Origin: Gnetum montanum
Taxonomy: Eukaryota; Plantae; Gnetophyta
DNA: 64,000 bases
Direction of reading: 5' to 3'
Assembly (NCBI GenBank): GCA_015680685.1
Contig: MNCI01002657.1
Span: 435,496 to 499,495, forward strand
The notes beneath the pieces were generated by a model that saw nothing but the letters and a program-made list of their open reading frames with translations, was not told where the DNA came from and searched no databases. A program made the position numbers and the translations under genes. This document shows positions 12,801 to 26,390 of this stretch, one piece after another; the first letter of the stretch is position 1; the number at the start of each line of letters is the position of its first letter.

Positions 12801-14463
12801 GGGAACACCTCATTGTAGAGACTGTAAAGACTAGGCCGCAATGTAAGAAGTATCTTCTTGCCAAAGAGACTCCCCACACAAATGAAGAGAGGGGGAAGAA
12901 GCTATAGATCAAAGTTTGCAGGGTGTAACCCCTAGTTGGTAAGTATGCTAAACTTGTTTTTGTTAGTGTAGCACTTGTTACACTATGCTATGCTATACAG
13001 CGTTGCATAGCATAACGCCTGTTTCAAGTTGGAATATCTTGCTAACTATGATTATGCTTTATCAGAAGAAAGAGAAGAGGAAGATGAAGAAATTTTGGAC
13101 CCTGAGGTAGGGGCGCTTGCTAAAGAGGAGGAGGAAGAGGCCTTGGCTACGGAAGAAGAGGCTCCTACTGATGACCCCTTTGTAGAATGTGCTTCAATGC
13201 CTGAAGGGAAGATGAGTGTCAAGGATGCCACCACACTTTTGGGCTAGCTAGAAAGAGAGGGGCCATAATTGGATGCTGATGATGTTGACCGATTGCTTAA
13301 CATTTTCTCGATGGGCGATCCACTTGCTATCACCCTTGAGGGTTTGCTAGGTAGGAGCTTTGCACTATCGTGTCATTTTTCATTAGCTCCATTGTTATCC
13401 CCTCTACCATTGCTAAAATTTTTTATTGTGTAGCAGACACCACTATTGATTCCCCTGATCCTTCTTCCTCAATCAATGTCTGACCCTGGATCGAGACCCC
13501 TAACAAGTTCACCTTCATGGAGGGGGTGGTCGATGATATGATTGATTGCTTGAAGCAGATCGATCTCGAGATCAGTATGCTATAATTACTATGCTAGGAA
13601 TTTGCAGTTGTTAGCTCTTTTTTATTTTTTTATGTCACTATGAATAACATTCTTCCATACATGGCAGCCTCCTATCTCAAGTGGGACCCTCGGCGGGCCG
13701 TCGAGGTCAACACCATGCCTGAACTTCTGTCAGTGGTGACTGAGGTACCTTGTCACATTTACAATGAAAAGAGTAAAAGTGTGTTATACTTGGCATGCTC
13801 CTTATGGGAGTGTAGGAACGTGAATGAAGACCTCTAGAAGAGGGTACAAAAACTCGAGAAAGAGAAGACTAAACTAATTGCAGAGGTGGAGTATCTTCAA
13901 TCCAAGAATGAGTTTCTATTGGCCCACGACACCCGCAATGGTGATTGGTGTATAGTTGTGATTGACTATTCTAGATCCTGGATTGTCGTACTTAACAATA
14001 ACAAGGCCAGTTGTGAAATTATTGAATCATGCATGCAGATGGACCTCCTAGCATAGAAGAACCAAGACTAGAAAGACTACAATGCAAAGGTTTACGAATG
14101 GGGACAGGAATAGAATAACCATAAACATATGTATAAGATGGAAAGTGCCACCTATCGTAAATAATAATGGAATGCTGCTATTGAAGCATGTAAACTTAGG
14201 CTATTTCTTAATGTCATTGGTGCTTCTGGTGCTTATGAGAGGTTCATGCAACATGTGAAGGTAAGTGAGTCTTTTGAAAGGGAGGTGACCCTACCTGCCA
14301 GGGAGACCACCACCACCAGCTTTTCCACAGGACCACCTAGATAGATAGCCATGGAAAAGGGGAATGTTGCAGCAAGCACTGATCTAGGAGAGGGGAATTG
14401 GGGCAACCTCACTGAGGAAGAAATCTTGTAACATCTCATATCTAGCATGGATCAAATGCCCCC
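9864..14463 (+). pseudogene. Antisense multi-exon accessory gene, copy A (3' end cut by insertion of B)
   Basis: ORF fragments 12155-12607, 13029 and 13640 are homologous to copies B, D, E and H (FPKLLSQGKILGLE, YNWARYL, SLWECR); intron GTAAGT..CAG at 11442-11527. Confidence 0.8.
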
Positions 14464-16060
14464 TGTACTAACCTGAATTGTTGGTGTAAGGCTGGAAGGG
14501 AAAAACAAATACCGAAAGATCATCAGGTAGACATAGATGACCTTTCATTCACCTAAGGGCAAGCTAGAAAAGGAAATGAAGGTAGAGTGCCTTGGATGGT
14601 CTACACACAAATCAACCAAGGACTTTCCTGAGCGTAAACTATGGCTTGCACTGGGGTTATTGTAACTAAATGTGAACAGAAATGTACAAATTGCAAATAG
14701 AGTGTAACAGTATTGCAAACAAAATGTAAATTGAATGTAAAATAGAGTAAAAAAAATAATGGCAGGAAAATGAATTGTATTTTATTTCTTAAAAAAGATG
14801 AGCATTGGTCAAAGCGTAGCTGCATGTGTGGACAACAGGTTAAGTGCCAAGTCCCGGGGTGATGTGATGTGTTTCAGATGTGCTTGGATGCTAGGAGTCA
14901 AGTGTGCTCAAGCCCCCAAGGATTGATGGTATGAGTTTCCTAAGCCATCAACCTTCAAAATTGCCTACCATATTTATGTGGATTGACAAGGTATTTATAG
15001 GGTTTGTCCGGGCTTAGGTGCAGAATTCATGGGTGGAATCAATAGTAGAGAGATGAGAGGAAATCAGATCTAGTGACACGTGTCCAATGGACAGTTGTAC
15101 ATGAGTTGGATGTGTGTGGGCAAGCTACATTTTGACTAGGTGCATTGTATCTTATAGCATGCATCAGCTTACTCAATCTATCTTACAATTTGGAGTGTAA
15201 GAGCTTGACAAGCTCACAAATGATGACAATTTACAATGAAATGACAATGTACAATAGGAGAAGTTGACTCTGGGTTGCTTGAAACTTTTGGATCTCTAAA
15301 TTGACTACTACAGGGTGTCGATTTGGGTGGTTTTGTAGCTGTTTGAGGCTTCTTTGCTTGACTAGGACCTCCAATGTGAGTTGATTTTATCTTGGCATGA
15401 CCTTAGCATGCGCATGCTACACTCACACTACACTTACATTGCTAGCATGTCCTCGGAATGACCTCAACATGAGTGACTCGAAAATGATGCATTTCACTTC
15501 AAATTTTGATTTTTGAAGTCTAATTCTTGAGTGCAACTATTTTCTAACTTTGGTCAACCTTGAGAGTGATCTAAAAATCAAAAAGTAAGCTTAAAAATGA
15601 CCTGTTTTGAGCCACTTTTGGCAACTCATGCTAGACTCACACTGCTAGCATGAGTGTAGCGTGACCATAGCATGAGCTGCAGCATGAACACAGTGTGAGC
15701 TACAGAAACCTATAATTTTTGTACTTGAATTCTGGAATTCTAGAGGCTGGGACCCAAAGTTGTCAATAGTGAATCCTGAGAATGACTTGCACCTTAGAAA
15801 TCAGATCATTTTGATTCAGTTTTAGGCTCTAAAAGTTGCTCACGTTGCACTCACGCTGGCAGTGTGACCTCAGTGTGAGTGTGAAAATTTGCATCTTTTT
15901 TGACCCAAAATTTAAATTCTTAAATGTTGAAATAGTGACCATTGAGAATGCCTTGCATCCTCAGACCAAGCCACCTTTGACTTGATTCTGATGCCATTTG
16001 GAGTTACTCACGCTGGGGGCAAGCTAGCTTGATAGCGTGAGCAAGCTGGCTTGAGCAAGC
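14464..16060 (-). repeat. 3' LTR of B (inner boundary approximate; LTR start and PPT not found)
   Basis: 14464-14640 is the reverse-complement homologue of 45420-45581; TATA near 14992-15000. Confidence 0.7.
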
Positions 16061-16487
16061 CGGGCGTGAGTTCTATGCTTTAGTCAAATTTTGGAACAGG
16101 ATAAGGGGAACATGATGGGGAAATAGGGGATGTATTGGGAGTTGAGAATGTACTTATAAATGGATTGATTAACCCAATTATGTACGTCAGGAAGAATGTG
16201 ATACCTTTTCATCATGATGAAGTGCATCTATGCATGGATGCATCAGGCTTTTCATCTTGCAAACACAACTCCAAGAAGATAAGAAAAACACAAATGAATC
16301 GGTTAACTAAGAAATTTAAACAAGGAGATGGAGCCACCACATGCAATTTTCAAAGTAGATAGAATCATGAACAGTATCCACCTCATCAAGGTCTATGAGA
16401 CAAATTATGTAGTAGGTTCTTTGTGGAATAGGTATAGCCAATTGCAGCAACATATCTTTTCAATTTTTTGCTGGGTCATTGATAATG

Positions 16488-16935
16488 TCACCAGTTTATA
16501 ATCTTAGCGAACTGTTGCAGGTTAGTTTTGCATTGTAACCCCTTGGACGGTGCCAGTTTAGCATCGTAGTAGATGGTGCATTGCTGGTTTATAGTCATGA
16601 TGGACTATGAAGAGGCAAACCAGTTTATAGTCTTAGTGGACTCTACATGTTAGTTTTATGTCATGGCGGACAGATGTGGCATTTTAGTGTCATACTGGAT
16701 GAAGGTCTATGGTGTCGATTTAATGTCATGACTCCAGGATGCTTTGAGGCTAGTTTCAAGTCATAGCCCCAGGACCATTCTGTGGTATCAGTTTTAAGCC
16801 ATGATTCCAGGACTGTTCTATGGTATCAGTTTTAAGTCATGATGCCAGAACTGTTCTGTGGTATCAGTTTTAAGTCATGATTCCAGGGCTGTTCTATGGT
16901 ATCAGTTTTAAGTCATGATGCCAAGATTGTTCTAT
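16488..16935 (-). repeat. 3' UTR array of B: hairpin-TAAACT units grading into a ~37-bp tandem repeat
   Basis: CATC gtagta GATG, AGTC atgatg GACT, AGTC ttagtg GACT, TGTC atggcg GACA; then several copies of ggtatcagttttaagtcatgattccaggactgttct. Confidence 0.88.
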
Positions 16936-16947
16936 GCCTCAAGTTCA

Positions 16948-19900
16948 TCAAACATAGTACCATTTCAGGTACACTTGATTCGTGGGGTTAGCAAACTCAT
17001 TCCCATCCATGTCAGCAAGTTTGAATGCTCCATTATTGTATGCCTTGGTGACTAAGTAAGGCCCTTCCCAGTTGGCTGATAATTTGTCTATATGTTCACG
17101 GATGGCCTTAAGGACTAAGTCTCCTTCTTTAATTGGGTGTTTATGTAGATCATGTTTGTGCCATTAACGCTGTTGTTTCTGGTACTACTTGATTTGATCA
17201 AGCGTTTTCACACATTCTTCCTCCACTGAGTTGAGGTTAGCAATGTGTAGTTCATTGTTTTGACTTTCATTGAGGAGGCCCGAGAGAGCTATCTACAATG
17301 AGGGAACCTGTAATTCTAAAGGTAAAACAACTTTAGATCCATATACAAGACTATATGGAGTTTTACCTATAGATGTATGATGTATCATTCTGTATGCCCA
17401 CAATGCGTAGACTAATTGTTCATGCCATCATTTCTTGCTCTAATTTAGCATCTTTTTGAGCACCATGATGACAGTTTTGTTTGTAGCCTCTGCTTGACCA
17501 TTGCTCTATGGGTAGTAAGGTGATGAAAATGCATGTTTGATACCCAGGCTTTCACATAAGATTTTAGTATCTGTACTACTGAACTGTGGCCCATTTTCAG
17601 TAATGATGGTCATTGGAATACCAAAACGGGTCACGATGTTTTCCATTATGAGATTGAAAATGTGTTTAGAAGTGGTCTTCTTAAGGGGAATATCTTCTGC
17701 CCATTTTATGAAGTATTCAGTTGTGGTGATAATAAAGCTATGTCCCATGGAGGATGATGGCGTTATCGATCCAATTAAGTCTAATCCCCATTTTTGGAAT
17801 GGCCATGTGATTTGTGTTGTGTGCAATTCGTTAGGTGGCACATGTATTAGGTTACCATGCCTTTGGCAAATGTCACATGTTCTAACCTTGGAGATGCAAT
17901 TGTATTCCATGTGTGGCCAGTAGTAGCCTAAGCACCTAATCTTTGTTGCCATTGCTTTAGGTGCTATATGCCCTCCATAAAGCCCTTTGTGAACTTGTTC
18001 TACAATTGTTTGACCATCAATTCTACTAATGCACATCAGCAGAATGCCTTTGTAAGATTTGTGACACAAGGTGTCTCCTATTAATGCATATTGCCGGGAG
18101 CATTTTCGCACTATGTCTTTTTGAGCATTTGTCAAGTGTTGTGGAGGCTTGCCTCTTAGAAGGTAATCTTTGATGTCATTGTACCATTCTATTGTGTGTG
18201 TTGTGCTAATGTATGCTATAGGCATTTCTTCAAGAGTGTTAATTATAGGTTCGGCACAACTTATTATAGAGCTAGGAAACGCATGGAACATTTCGGGTGT
18301 CATGTTTAAGGCTAATGTAGCAAGTGCATCAACAATGGTGTTTTCACTCCTAGGGACATGCTGTATGTTCACTTCTACCAGTTGCTTCAGCAGATGTTTG
18401 GTCAAATCATAGTACGGTTGCAAATGGAGAGCTTTACATGTGTAAACCTCAGTGACTTGATTAATGACTAACTGTGAATCGCTGCGAACTACGAGACGTG
18501 TGATTCCCGAATTCAATGCTACTTGAAGACCTCTAAGAAGACCTTCGTATTCCACCACGTTGTTGGTACAGGGAAAGGTTAATCGATAGGTGAAAGGTTG
18601 GATTTCTTCAAAGGGATATGTTAAAATGGTCGCAACACTTCCTCCTCGGGAAGTTGATGCTCCATTGAAATAGAGGATTGCCTTGTAGTTGTCAGGTACG
18701 GTGTCTATACTATTAACATTCTTATCGGGGAACTCAGGGTTAACTATTTCCTGATCATGCGTTGGCGAGACAACTAATTGTGTGACTATTGGTTGATCCT
18801 TTGTGGAAGATTGAGCAACATAGTGTAGGTCAAATTCCACGATTATTTCTTTCCACCTAGCTATCCTACTCGACTCGTAGATGTTGTTGGTGATAGCGCG
18901 GAGTACATTATTCTTGCAAATGATGTAAACTTGATTACGGAAGAGATAATGCCACCATTTCTTCAAGGTGAAAATGAGGGCAAGGCATGATTTTTCTATG
19001 TTGTTGTATCATTGTTCATAGGCAATTAAAGCATGGCTTAGGTAATAGATAGGGATCTCAGCTCCATCTTGAAGTTTTTGACAAAGCATGGATGCAATGA
19101 AAGATTCAGAAGTTACAAGGTAGATGTAGAAGGGTTTATCACCTTGAGGGGGATAAACTATCAGTAGTTGAACCAGATCTTACTTTATGTGCTCGAATGC
19201 TTCCTGGCATTGTTGAGTCCATTGGAAATGCACATTCTTTCATAGTAGATGCTGCATAGGTCTCAACTTATCAGTTAGCCTCTCGATAAAGGGCCTTATC
19301 AACTGTAGTCTACCTTGGAGACCACGTAGTTTGGTAAGGTTCTTTGGTGGTTGCATATTACTTATTGCCTTAACCTTATCAGGGTCTACTTGTATTCCTT
19401 TTTTAGAGACTACAAAACCAAGCATTTTGCCCATTTTGACACCAAAGACACACTTCTTTGGATTGAGTCTAAGGTCGTATTTGAGACAACATTTAAGCAC
19501 TAAGTCAAAATATTTTGCATGTTGTTTGAGTTTTTTAGATTTAACCATGATATCATCAACATAATCATGAGAAAATTGAGCATGTAATCACTAAATATGT
19601 ATGTCATTGCTCGTTGATATGTAGTTGCTACATTTTTAAGGCCAAATGGCATCATAGTATAACAGAATTTACCCCAAGGTGTCATGAAAGTTATTCTGAG
19701 TTGATGTTCCAGATTGATTCTTATTTGATTGTATCCTGAAAATCTATCCATAAAGGATAATAGTGCATGCCTAGTAGTTGTGTCAATAAGTTAATCAATG
19801 CTTGGTAGCGGGAAGTCATCCTTTATAGTGGTTGTGTTAAGGTCACTGAAGTTGATGAATATGCATATACTATCATTCTTCTTAGGGACTACAACAATTT

Positions 19901-20423
19901 TTGATACCCAATCGGAATAGTCAACATCCCAGATGAAACCAACTTGGTAGAGATTTGTGATTTTAGCCCGGACTGCTAACACAACCTCGGGCCTAACCTT
20001 ATGTGCCTTTTATTTTACTGGTTTAATTTTTTCACTGAGAATAACGTGGTGTTGGACGATTCGGGGATCTAATCCTGGCATGCCAATATATGACCATGCA
20101 AATGTTTTTATGTTGTCTTTTAGTACTTGAGTGATATCACCTACAAGTTACGAGTCTAGTAGGGCACTTAATTTCAATGTCCTAGCTTCGCCATTGATTG
20201 TAGTAATGGGGATTTCAACTAGAGGATCTTTAGTGATATTATTAGCTTCTAGATCCAAAGTATTAGTCACATTTTTAGGTTATTTTGAATTTTCTTAAGT
20301 AGAGGCTATTAAATTAATATAGGTGGATGGGTCTAGATCCAAGGATTCTGGATTGATTGTTCTTTCTACCTTCCCATATGGTCCATTGAGAGACAATGTT
20401 GAAAGGATATTTTTGGTGGTCAT
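16948..20423 (-). pseudogene. pol: pol of B: RT, RNase H, archaeal-type RNase H, integrase
   Basis: KDDFPLPSID, FSGYNQI, PFGLKN, YVDD, LNPKKCVFGV; aRH YFNGAS..TNNVVEYEGL..DSQLVINQV..ENTIVDALA; HHCC and WGLDLIG; stops and frameshifts. Confidence 0.95.
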
Positions 20424-20555
20424 GTGCCTGCTCCTGCCAATTTAAATTGGGAGTGAAGTAAGAAACAATTCCTTGACGAAAGAGTTGCTAAATGTAAATG
20501 AACATAGGGTAATCAAACTATGTACTGACACAATTGGGAGACACAATAGTAATCA

Positions 20556-20612
20556 TGGCAGTTTTAGGCCATACTGGGCCATATGACAGTTTTAGGCCAT
20601 ACCGAGCCAGAT
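20556..20612 (-). repeat. Two hairpin-TAAACT units upstream of pol (B)
   Basis: cagtttta GGCC atactg GGCC; cagtttta GGCC ataccg AGCC. Confidence 0.7.
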
Positions 20613-21099
20613 GATATTCATGTTGACTTGTCATTTGGACTAAGTGTATGTAGCATTTTTAAATTTTAAATTTTTGTGTGAATAATTAGTTTATGAGACT
20701 TTTTAAAATTTTTATGAATTTTTGAAATGTTTATATATGTATGTATATATATATATATATTTTGATTTTTGAGTTTAACTTTTCATACATTTGCATAATA
20801 ATAATCTTTTTGTTTTGGGCCTCATCTCTAGAGGCTGAAATAATGAGGAATATAGGCCAACATAAAACAAAGATGACATAAATGAAAAAAAATTTTAAAC
20901 ATGGAAAAATTTAAATAAATAAAATAAAATAAAAATGAGAGAAAATAAAATAAGAGGAAATAAAATAGAATGTTTTGGATTTAAAAGAGGGTTGTGAAGT
21001 GAGGAAGGGGGTTTTGTGCTAGCGTGAGTTCTTGGACTACAGTGTGAGCTAGGAGTGTAGCATGAGCTATAGCGTTAGTGTCAATGTGAGCAAGGCGAC

Positions 21100-24000
21100 A
21101 TGAAGGACAAGGACAGAGGAAAGGCGAGCCGAGACAAAGGGAAGAGATAGGCAGATCTAGTGTTTGTGGAGGAGAGTGAAGAACCTCTCTAGTGTCTCCC
21201 CCAAGCTAGGATTCCAACATGGACTGGCCCTCTGCACAGGTAGATTTGTTTTCTCTTGCTTTTCTCTTGACATTTTGTGAATAGTGTTACCTAGGGTAGA
21301 ATTTCATGGCCACAATTTTCAGGTTGTTTCAGGTTTATCCGGGATTTGTGGCATCAACGTGAGTGCCTAGGGCATGTGCGTAGGATGTGAGTGCAGGGAA
21401 TGAGTGCCAAGAAATGTCCAGGAGAGCATGAACTTTTGGGACTTCTTGGCAACATGGGGTTTTTTGGGTTTCTTGGATTTTCTTCGGGCATCCTGGCTTT
21501 TTGGGGCTTTTTCAGGCATCCTGGGGTTTTGGATATTTTTCGAGTATCCTAGGCTATAGGGTTTTTGGGGCTTTTTTAGGCATCCTGGACTACAAGGTTT
21601 TTGGGAGTGTGACTACCAAGGGAAGGAAAGCATGGGTATAAGGCAGGAAGGCCTATTTGTTTCTTTTTGTTTTCAGTGTGAGCTGCATTATTTGGAGGTT
21701 TCTGGCATCAAATTTTTTTTTCTTTTTCAGTGCCAACATGAACACAAATTTTCCTGGGCGGCGTGAGTGGCCAATTTCCAGCATGAGTGGCTAGATAAGC
21801 CCCAGTGTGAATGGCTAGATAGACGCTAGTGTGAATGGCTGGACAGGCCCTAGTGCAAGTGTGAGTTTGGCACGTCATCATGAGTTAGGGGGAAGGCTCA
21901 GTGTGAGTTTTCTGGGAGGCCCAGCATGAGTTTGCTAGGAAAGATCCAGTGTGAGTTTGCTGGAAGGCCCATCGTGAACTATCTAGCGTGAGCCCTCTAG
22001 CATGAGTTGTTTGGCATGAGCCCTCCAACGTGACTTTTTTGGCCACAGTGTGAGCTTGCAAGAAGGCCCAACATGAGTTTTCTTTAATGTGAAGATGTAT
22101 GTTATTTGCTAGGATACCCATTACTTCTATGGATTTATTGTGAAATGGATTTCAATGTACCCAGTGAGTGTCAGATACACTAAATAGATATTGGTGTTCT
22201 TGTCTCATGGGGTGAAGCTGTGCATTTAAAGTGTTTGTTTATGTGATTTTTGGCTTATGTGATTTCATACTAACGTTAGCACTTAGACCTTTACTTACTA
22301 AATATTTTGGCTAGCTTAGGGGACCTAAACCTTCTCTTCTTATGGTCAAGCTTGTTGGCGTACTTGCTTGGTTTGGCCCCTTTGGACTAGACACACCTCC
22401 CTATGACATGCACATCAAGCCCCATGTGATATGGTTCTGCCCTAGTGTCAGTTCATCTTTATCATTCATCCTGCAAAATTTTAGTATGGTTATATGGTCT
22501 CACCTGAGTGAGCAGTTGGCTCATGATATCATCGAGACAGTGTTGCCTAGGTCCATACAAGGCATGCTTTCCTTTATTACTAATATCGATGAGAGAATTT
22601 TTAGGGTTGAGGGAGGCCCTATTGAGGGTTCTAGATCTACACGTCCCTTGACTCGTGTGTGGGAGCCACCCACTTATGTTCATTATAACAGCAGCAACAC
22701 ACATTTCTTAGCCTTCCATGTGCACACTCTATTCCAGAACCCACTTGGGACAGTATATAGAGTGGACACGTATGCTCCTTTGTGCCTTACTTTAACTTTT
22801 GATTCCTTTTTAACTTTTGTATTATCATCTAAATGTAAATGTTGTTTTCCTATGCAGGCCTCATTTTGATGAACATGGAATGCGCGATGATGATGGTGGA
22901 CTTGCCTTAGTGTGCACAGTGCTAGAGACATTCATGGTGGGCCCTATTCTTTGTGCCACGGTGTTTGACTAGACAAAGGTGGCCCTTGTTAACTACCATA
23001 GGAAATTTTCAAGAGCCTTTGGGCACTATTAGGTTCGTGATTGGTTACATGAGGATTGGTCTTCTAATGGGCCATTTTTCCCTAAAGAATTGATCTTGCA
23101 CCTATCCCACCTACACAAATTACTGATGGTAAATTACTACACTTTGGACTCTATTTTCTTTTTTGTTGCATTATTGTGCACTATGTTTTTAACTCTTCAC
23201 TCTATGTTTTCTTTTTACAGTAGTCATCCCCTCTAAACAAGTTACTGTTATAACAAGGCACACTGAGGCCACCCTTTTTATGAAATTTGGGGAGGTAGAG
23301 TAGTCATAGAAATGGTTGTATAAGAAAGCTTTTGAGTTGATCATCAGTTACCTTACCTAGGTAGGTCTAATGGAATTGTTCACAGCTTTGACTCCTAGTA
23401 TTCCGGTTACTGAGATGATCATCATTATTGATTCTTTTAATGATGATGCTTCCCATTTTACTACATGGGTCTGAGGAGTCAAGGTATATTTTCACTTGAT
23501 CATTGAGTTCCTTTCTAATTTTTTTGGTGTACCCATGGATGGTGCTAGGGTGACTATAGATAAAGCAACAAAAGAGGGCTAGGTCATAAGAGAGCTTGAG
23601 TAGTGGTTAGGTGTGTCTTGGGGTTCTAAGGGCTTTGCCATGTGAGATGATACCTGATCAATGGAGATGAACTTTCTGTATCTTCTCATTTGGGCATGGG
23701 CATTCCCCAAATCTCTTTCTCAAGGAAGAAACCTTGGGATCGAGTCTACGAATGTTATGCATGTAGTTTTAGAGACAAGCATGCACTACAACTGGGCATA
23801 GTTTCTTGTATATGGTTTTTGTGGGAAAATCATTAGGTTAAATGCAAACATCCATGCTAAATCCCATTTTACATTTGCTTTCTTTGCAGGGTACCTATGC
23901 AGGTTTGCTGAATTTCTAGTAGTTCATGATGATAACTGCTATGTTTTGAGGGATCGTTCACAACTGTCCCATCCTTGGATTCGCCATTTGTTTAGCACCA

Positions 24001-24642
24001 CTAGATCCTAGGATCCACCGGAAGACATTGAGGAATTAGTATCAATTACTAGTGGAGGTGCGGCTAGCCATTCCTATCATTCCCATGATAGCTTAGGATT
24101 GGAACTGCCTAGGCTATGCACGTCTGTCAAAAGGGCTGAATGTTTGATTGGTGAGACTGTTGGGAAGTTCAAGACAAAGGTGAAGAGGAAATAATGTCCA
24201 AGGAAGCTTGCTCTAAATGTGATACCACCAAAAGCAAAGAAGATTCAGTTTGTACTGTGAGTGGAGGGTAAGTAACTTATTTTATTATTATATATTTATT
24301 ATTATTATTATTTTGTTTTTTGGCCTATATGTTATATATACTATGTTATAATAACCCTAAGATTCTAGAATTATCAGAGGAAAATCCTAAGAGCAAGAGA
24401 GAGGCTTTGGCACTGACGGTTGATCCTAAAGTGATTGTCACAGGGCTGGAGGAAGAGGTGAAGGAAAGAGAAGAAACAATCAAAGAACCTCCTGCCTTGC
24501 AAGAGGAAGATGTGACAAACTTCATGGGGATGAGGCTTGCAGAGGCTTTGGATGGGCTTAGGCATTCAAGTGATGAAAGAGGTGTCTTCAATGGCTTCTT
24601 CAATGGATCTTTGTAGCTTGGTGATCTGCCCAAGCTAAACAG
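21100..24642 (+). pseudogene. Antisense multi-exon accessory gene, copy B (3' part deleted)
   Basis: ORF 22342 (MVIWSHLSEQL...HVHTLFQNP) matches E 54495-54782; introns 22770-22857 and 23129-23220 are GT..AG; exon 1 is homologous to E 55359-55489. Confidence 0.82.
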
Positions 24643-26083
24643 TATGCTATGACCATACTGTTTGTGCCTCATGTGCTAAAATCTAGTGAGCTGGTATATT
24701 TGTTGCAAAGAAAACTACTAATCATTAGTAAATGCAAAGTGGATCTTGTGCTCCAGGACTACATATTCCCTACTCTTGCAAGTAGGGTCAAGTGTAGGGA
24801 CAACTTTGGGGATAGTTAGGGGATGCAAAACAAGGCAAAGTTGCTGATTTCTCTTGTTGGAGAGGTGTCGGGACAAGAATAACTATTGCTAACTAGTTTT
24901 GTAGCTAACTAAAGATGTCTTGCGATTGCTACGTGAGTGTTACGCTATTTACGCTCTCTAGCATATGTAGCGTAAATACCTACATGCTACACCATGCTAC
25001 GCTGTGTAGCATAGCTATCGATCTTAAATGAAATCTTGCCTATAAGCCGAATATACTTGTCTGAGGCTTGGCTAGGCAAGCGACTGCAACATTGTCTTTC
25101 ATGCTGAAAGGTCTTGGGACCTGTTGAGTTCATCTTTGGGACACTTTGGTGTTTTGCATCATTGCTACACTGTGCTACACTATGTAGCATAGTGCAGCAT
25201 AGCAGCCAATATGACATACATCCTTGCCTAGTTCTGCTTTGCTTTGTTAAGAAACCATGCTTGGAGCTTGAGGGCAAAGTGGGACAACTAGTCTTGGAGG
25301 TCGGAATATGGCCAAGTGCAATCTTCTTGCTGAAACCACTTGGCAGAGGGCCTTCATGTGTTCTGTCCTTGCTATGCTGTGCTACACTACTTAGCGTAGC
25401 ACAGCGTAACACCTAGCTTGGCTAGGATTTTGACTTAATCTTACAAAAATTTTATCATGGGATGTTATTCATGTCCTAGCATGTCAATGAAGCAAACCTG
25501 TTTGTCGGTTGAAACCTAGGCAAATGTGCCTATTCCATCAGAGCCATTTGAGTGGGAGCATTGTAAGAGTGTATCCCTGCTACACTATGCTATGTTGTGT
25601 AGCATAGCATTGCGTAGCACTTGAGTGAAGAGGACCTCTGATGAAATTTTCTAGATTTTTTCTATGTCACTTTGCTCGTGCATCAAGGATGAAGTGGGGC
25701 AGGATCTCTAGAGGGCTGAGTCATTGTCAATGTGCATCTCTGGTACCTGTTCAATCTTCTTGAGGCCTGATACACTATGTAGTGTAGTAGGTTTCTTCTG
25801 TTAGAAAACTTGTCGAACTATTTAGCTCATCCTGAACACTTTTGGAAGCTCCTAACATGGTCTCTAGGTAGACTGTTAGCTAGGTTGAGTACCAAGATGG
25901 GCAGGTTGGAGAGTTCAATAGGCCTATCAGCCAGGGTGATAGAAAACTTGTCAAATTGTATGGTCTACTTTTAGTGCCTACATTGTCTGGATGGTCCATC
26001 ATGATGCTCCACTTGTGGAAATCCTTGCCAAAATTTCAAGACTTTGCTAAAGCATTAGGGTCCTAAAATTTTATGGTGTGTCA
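24643..26083 (-). repeat. Truncated 5' LTR of A
   Basis: Direct repeat of 5145-6582; ends TGTCA followed by TSD CCATC. Confidence 0.88.
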
Positions 26084-26390
26084 CCATCCACCAAGAAATT
26101 TAGCTACCATATGAGAAAGGTGAAATAATCATTCATGATTACAACACGGTTCCTATAGTAGTGAACAATGTTGACATAGAACAAGGGTCTCAAGTGGAGT
26201 TTCAAGAGGAAACTCCTATTGGTATCTATAAAGTTGAGAAGCTCAATAGAGTAGAAAATGCCAAGACCAACAATGATGAACCTGTGGATGCACTATGGGG
26301 AGAGCTTCCCTTCAACATCATTAGCAAATGAGATGGGGAATACATGCTTGTGAAAAATAGACTATATACACACTCTAATCTCTCATAATT
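26084..26390 (+). pseudogene. Protease C-terminus and tail of H, part 2
   Basis: HQEIxLPYEKGEIIIH...LWGELPFNIISKxDGEY, homologous to 50214-50600. Confidence 0.8.

Larger units (their letters stand above)
14464..24642 (-). mobile_element. Element B nested in A (3' LTR, 3' UTR, pol, antisense gene; 5' half deleted)
   Basis: LTR end tgtact at 14464 matches the E LTR end; 3' UTR and pol are collinear with E. Confidence 0.82.
4403..26083 (-). mobile_element. Element A: internally deleted Tat/Ogre-like element containing nested element B
   Basis: Matching LTRs at 4403-6582 and ~24643-26083; 5-bp TSD CCATC at 4398-4402 and 26084-26088; removing it restores the H protease frame (SI/HQEI). Confidence 0.88.

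Noticed and set aside
17537-19564. Plus-strand ORFs opposite pol (also 57270 and 58376 on -)
   Set aside because: Shadow frames of pol with no independent signal
20730-20762. Microsatellites: (TA)n here, (ATT)n near 43240, poly-G near 7250, (CAA)n near 47341
   Set aside because: Ordinary slippage repeats
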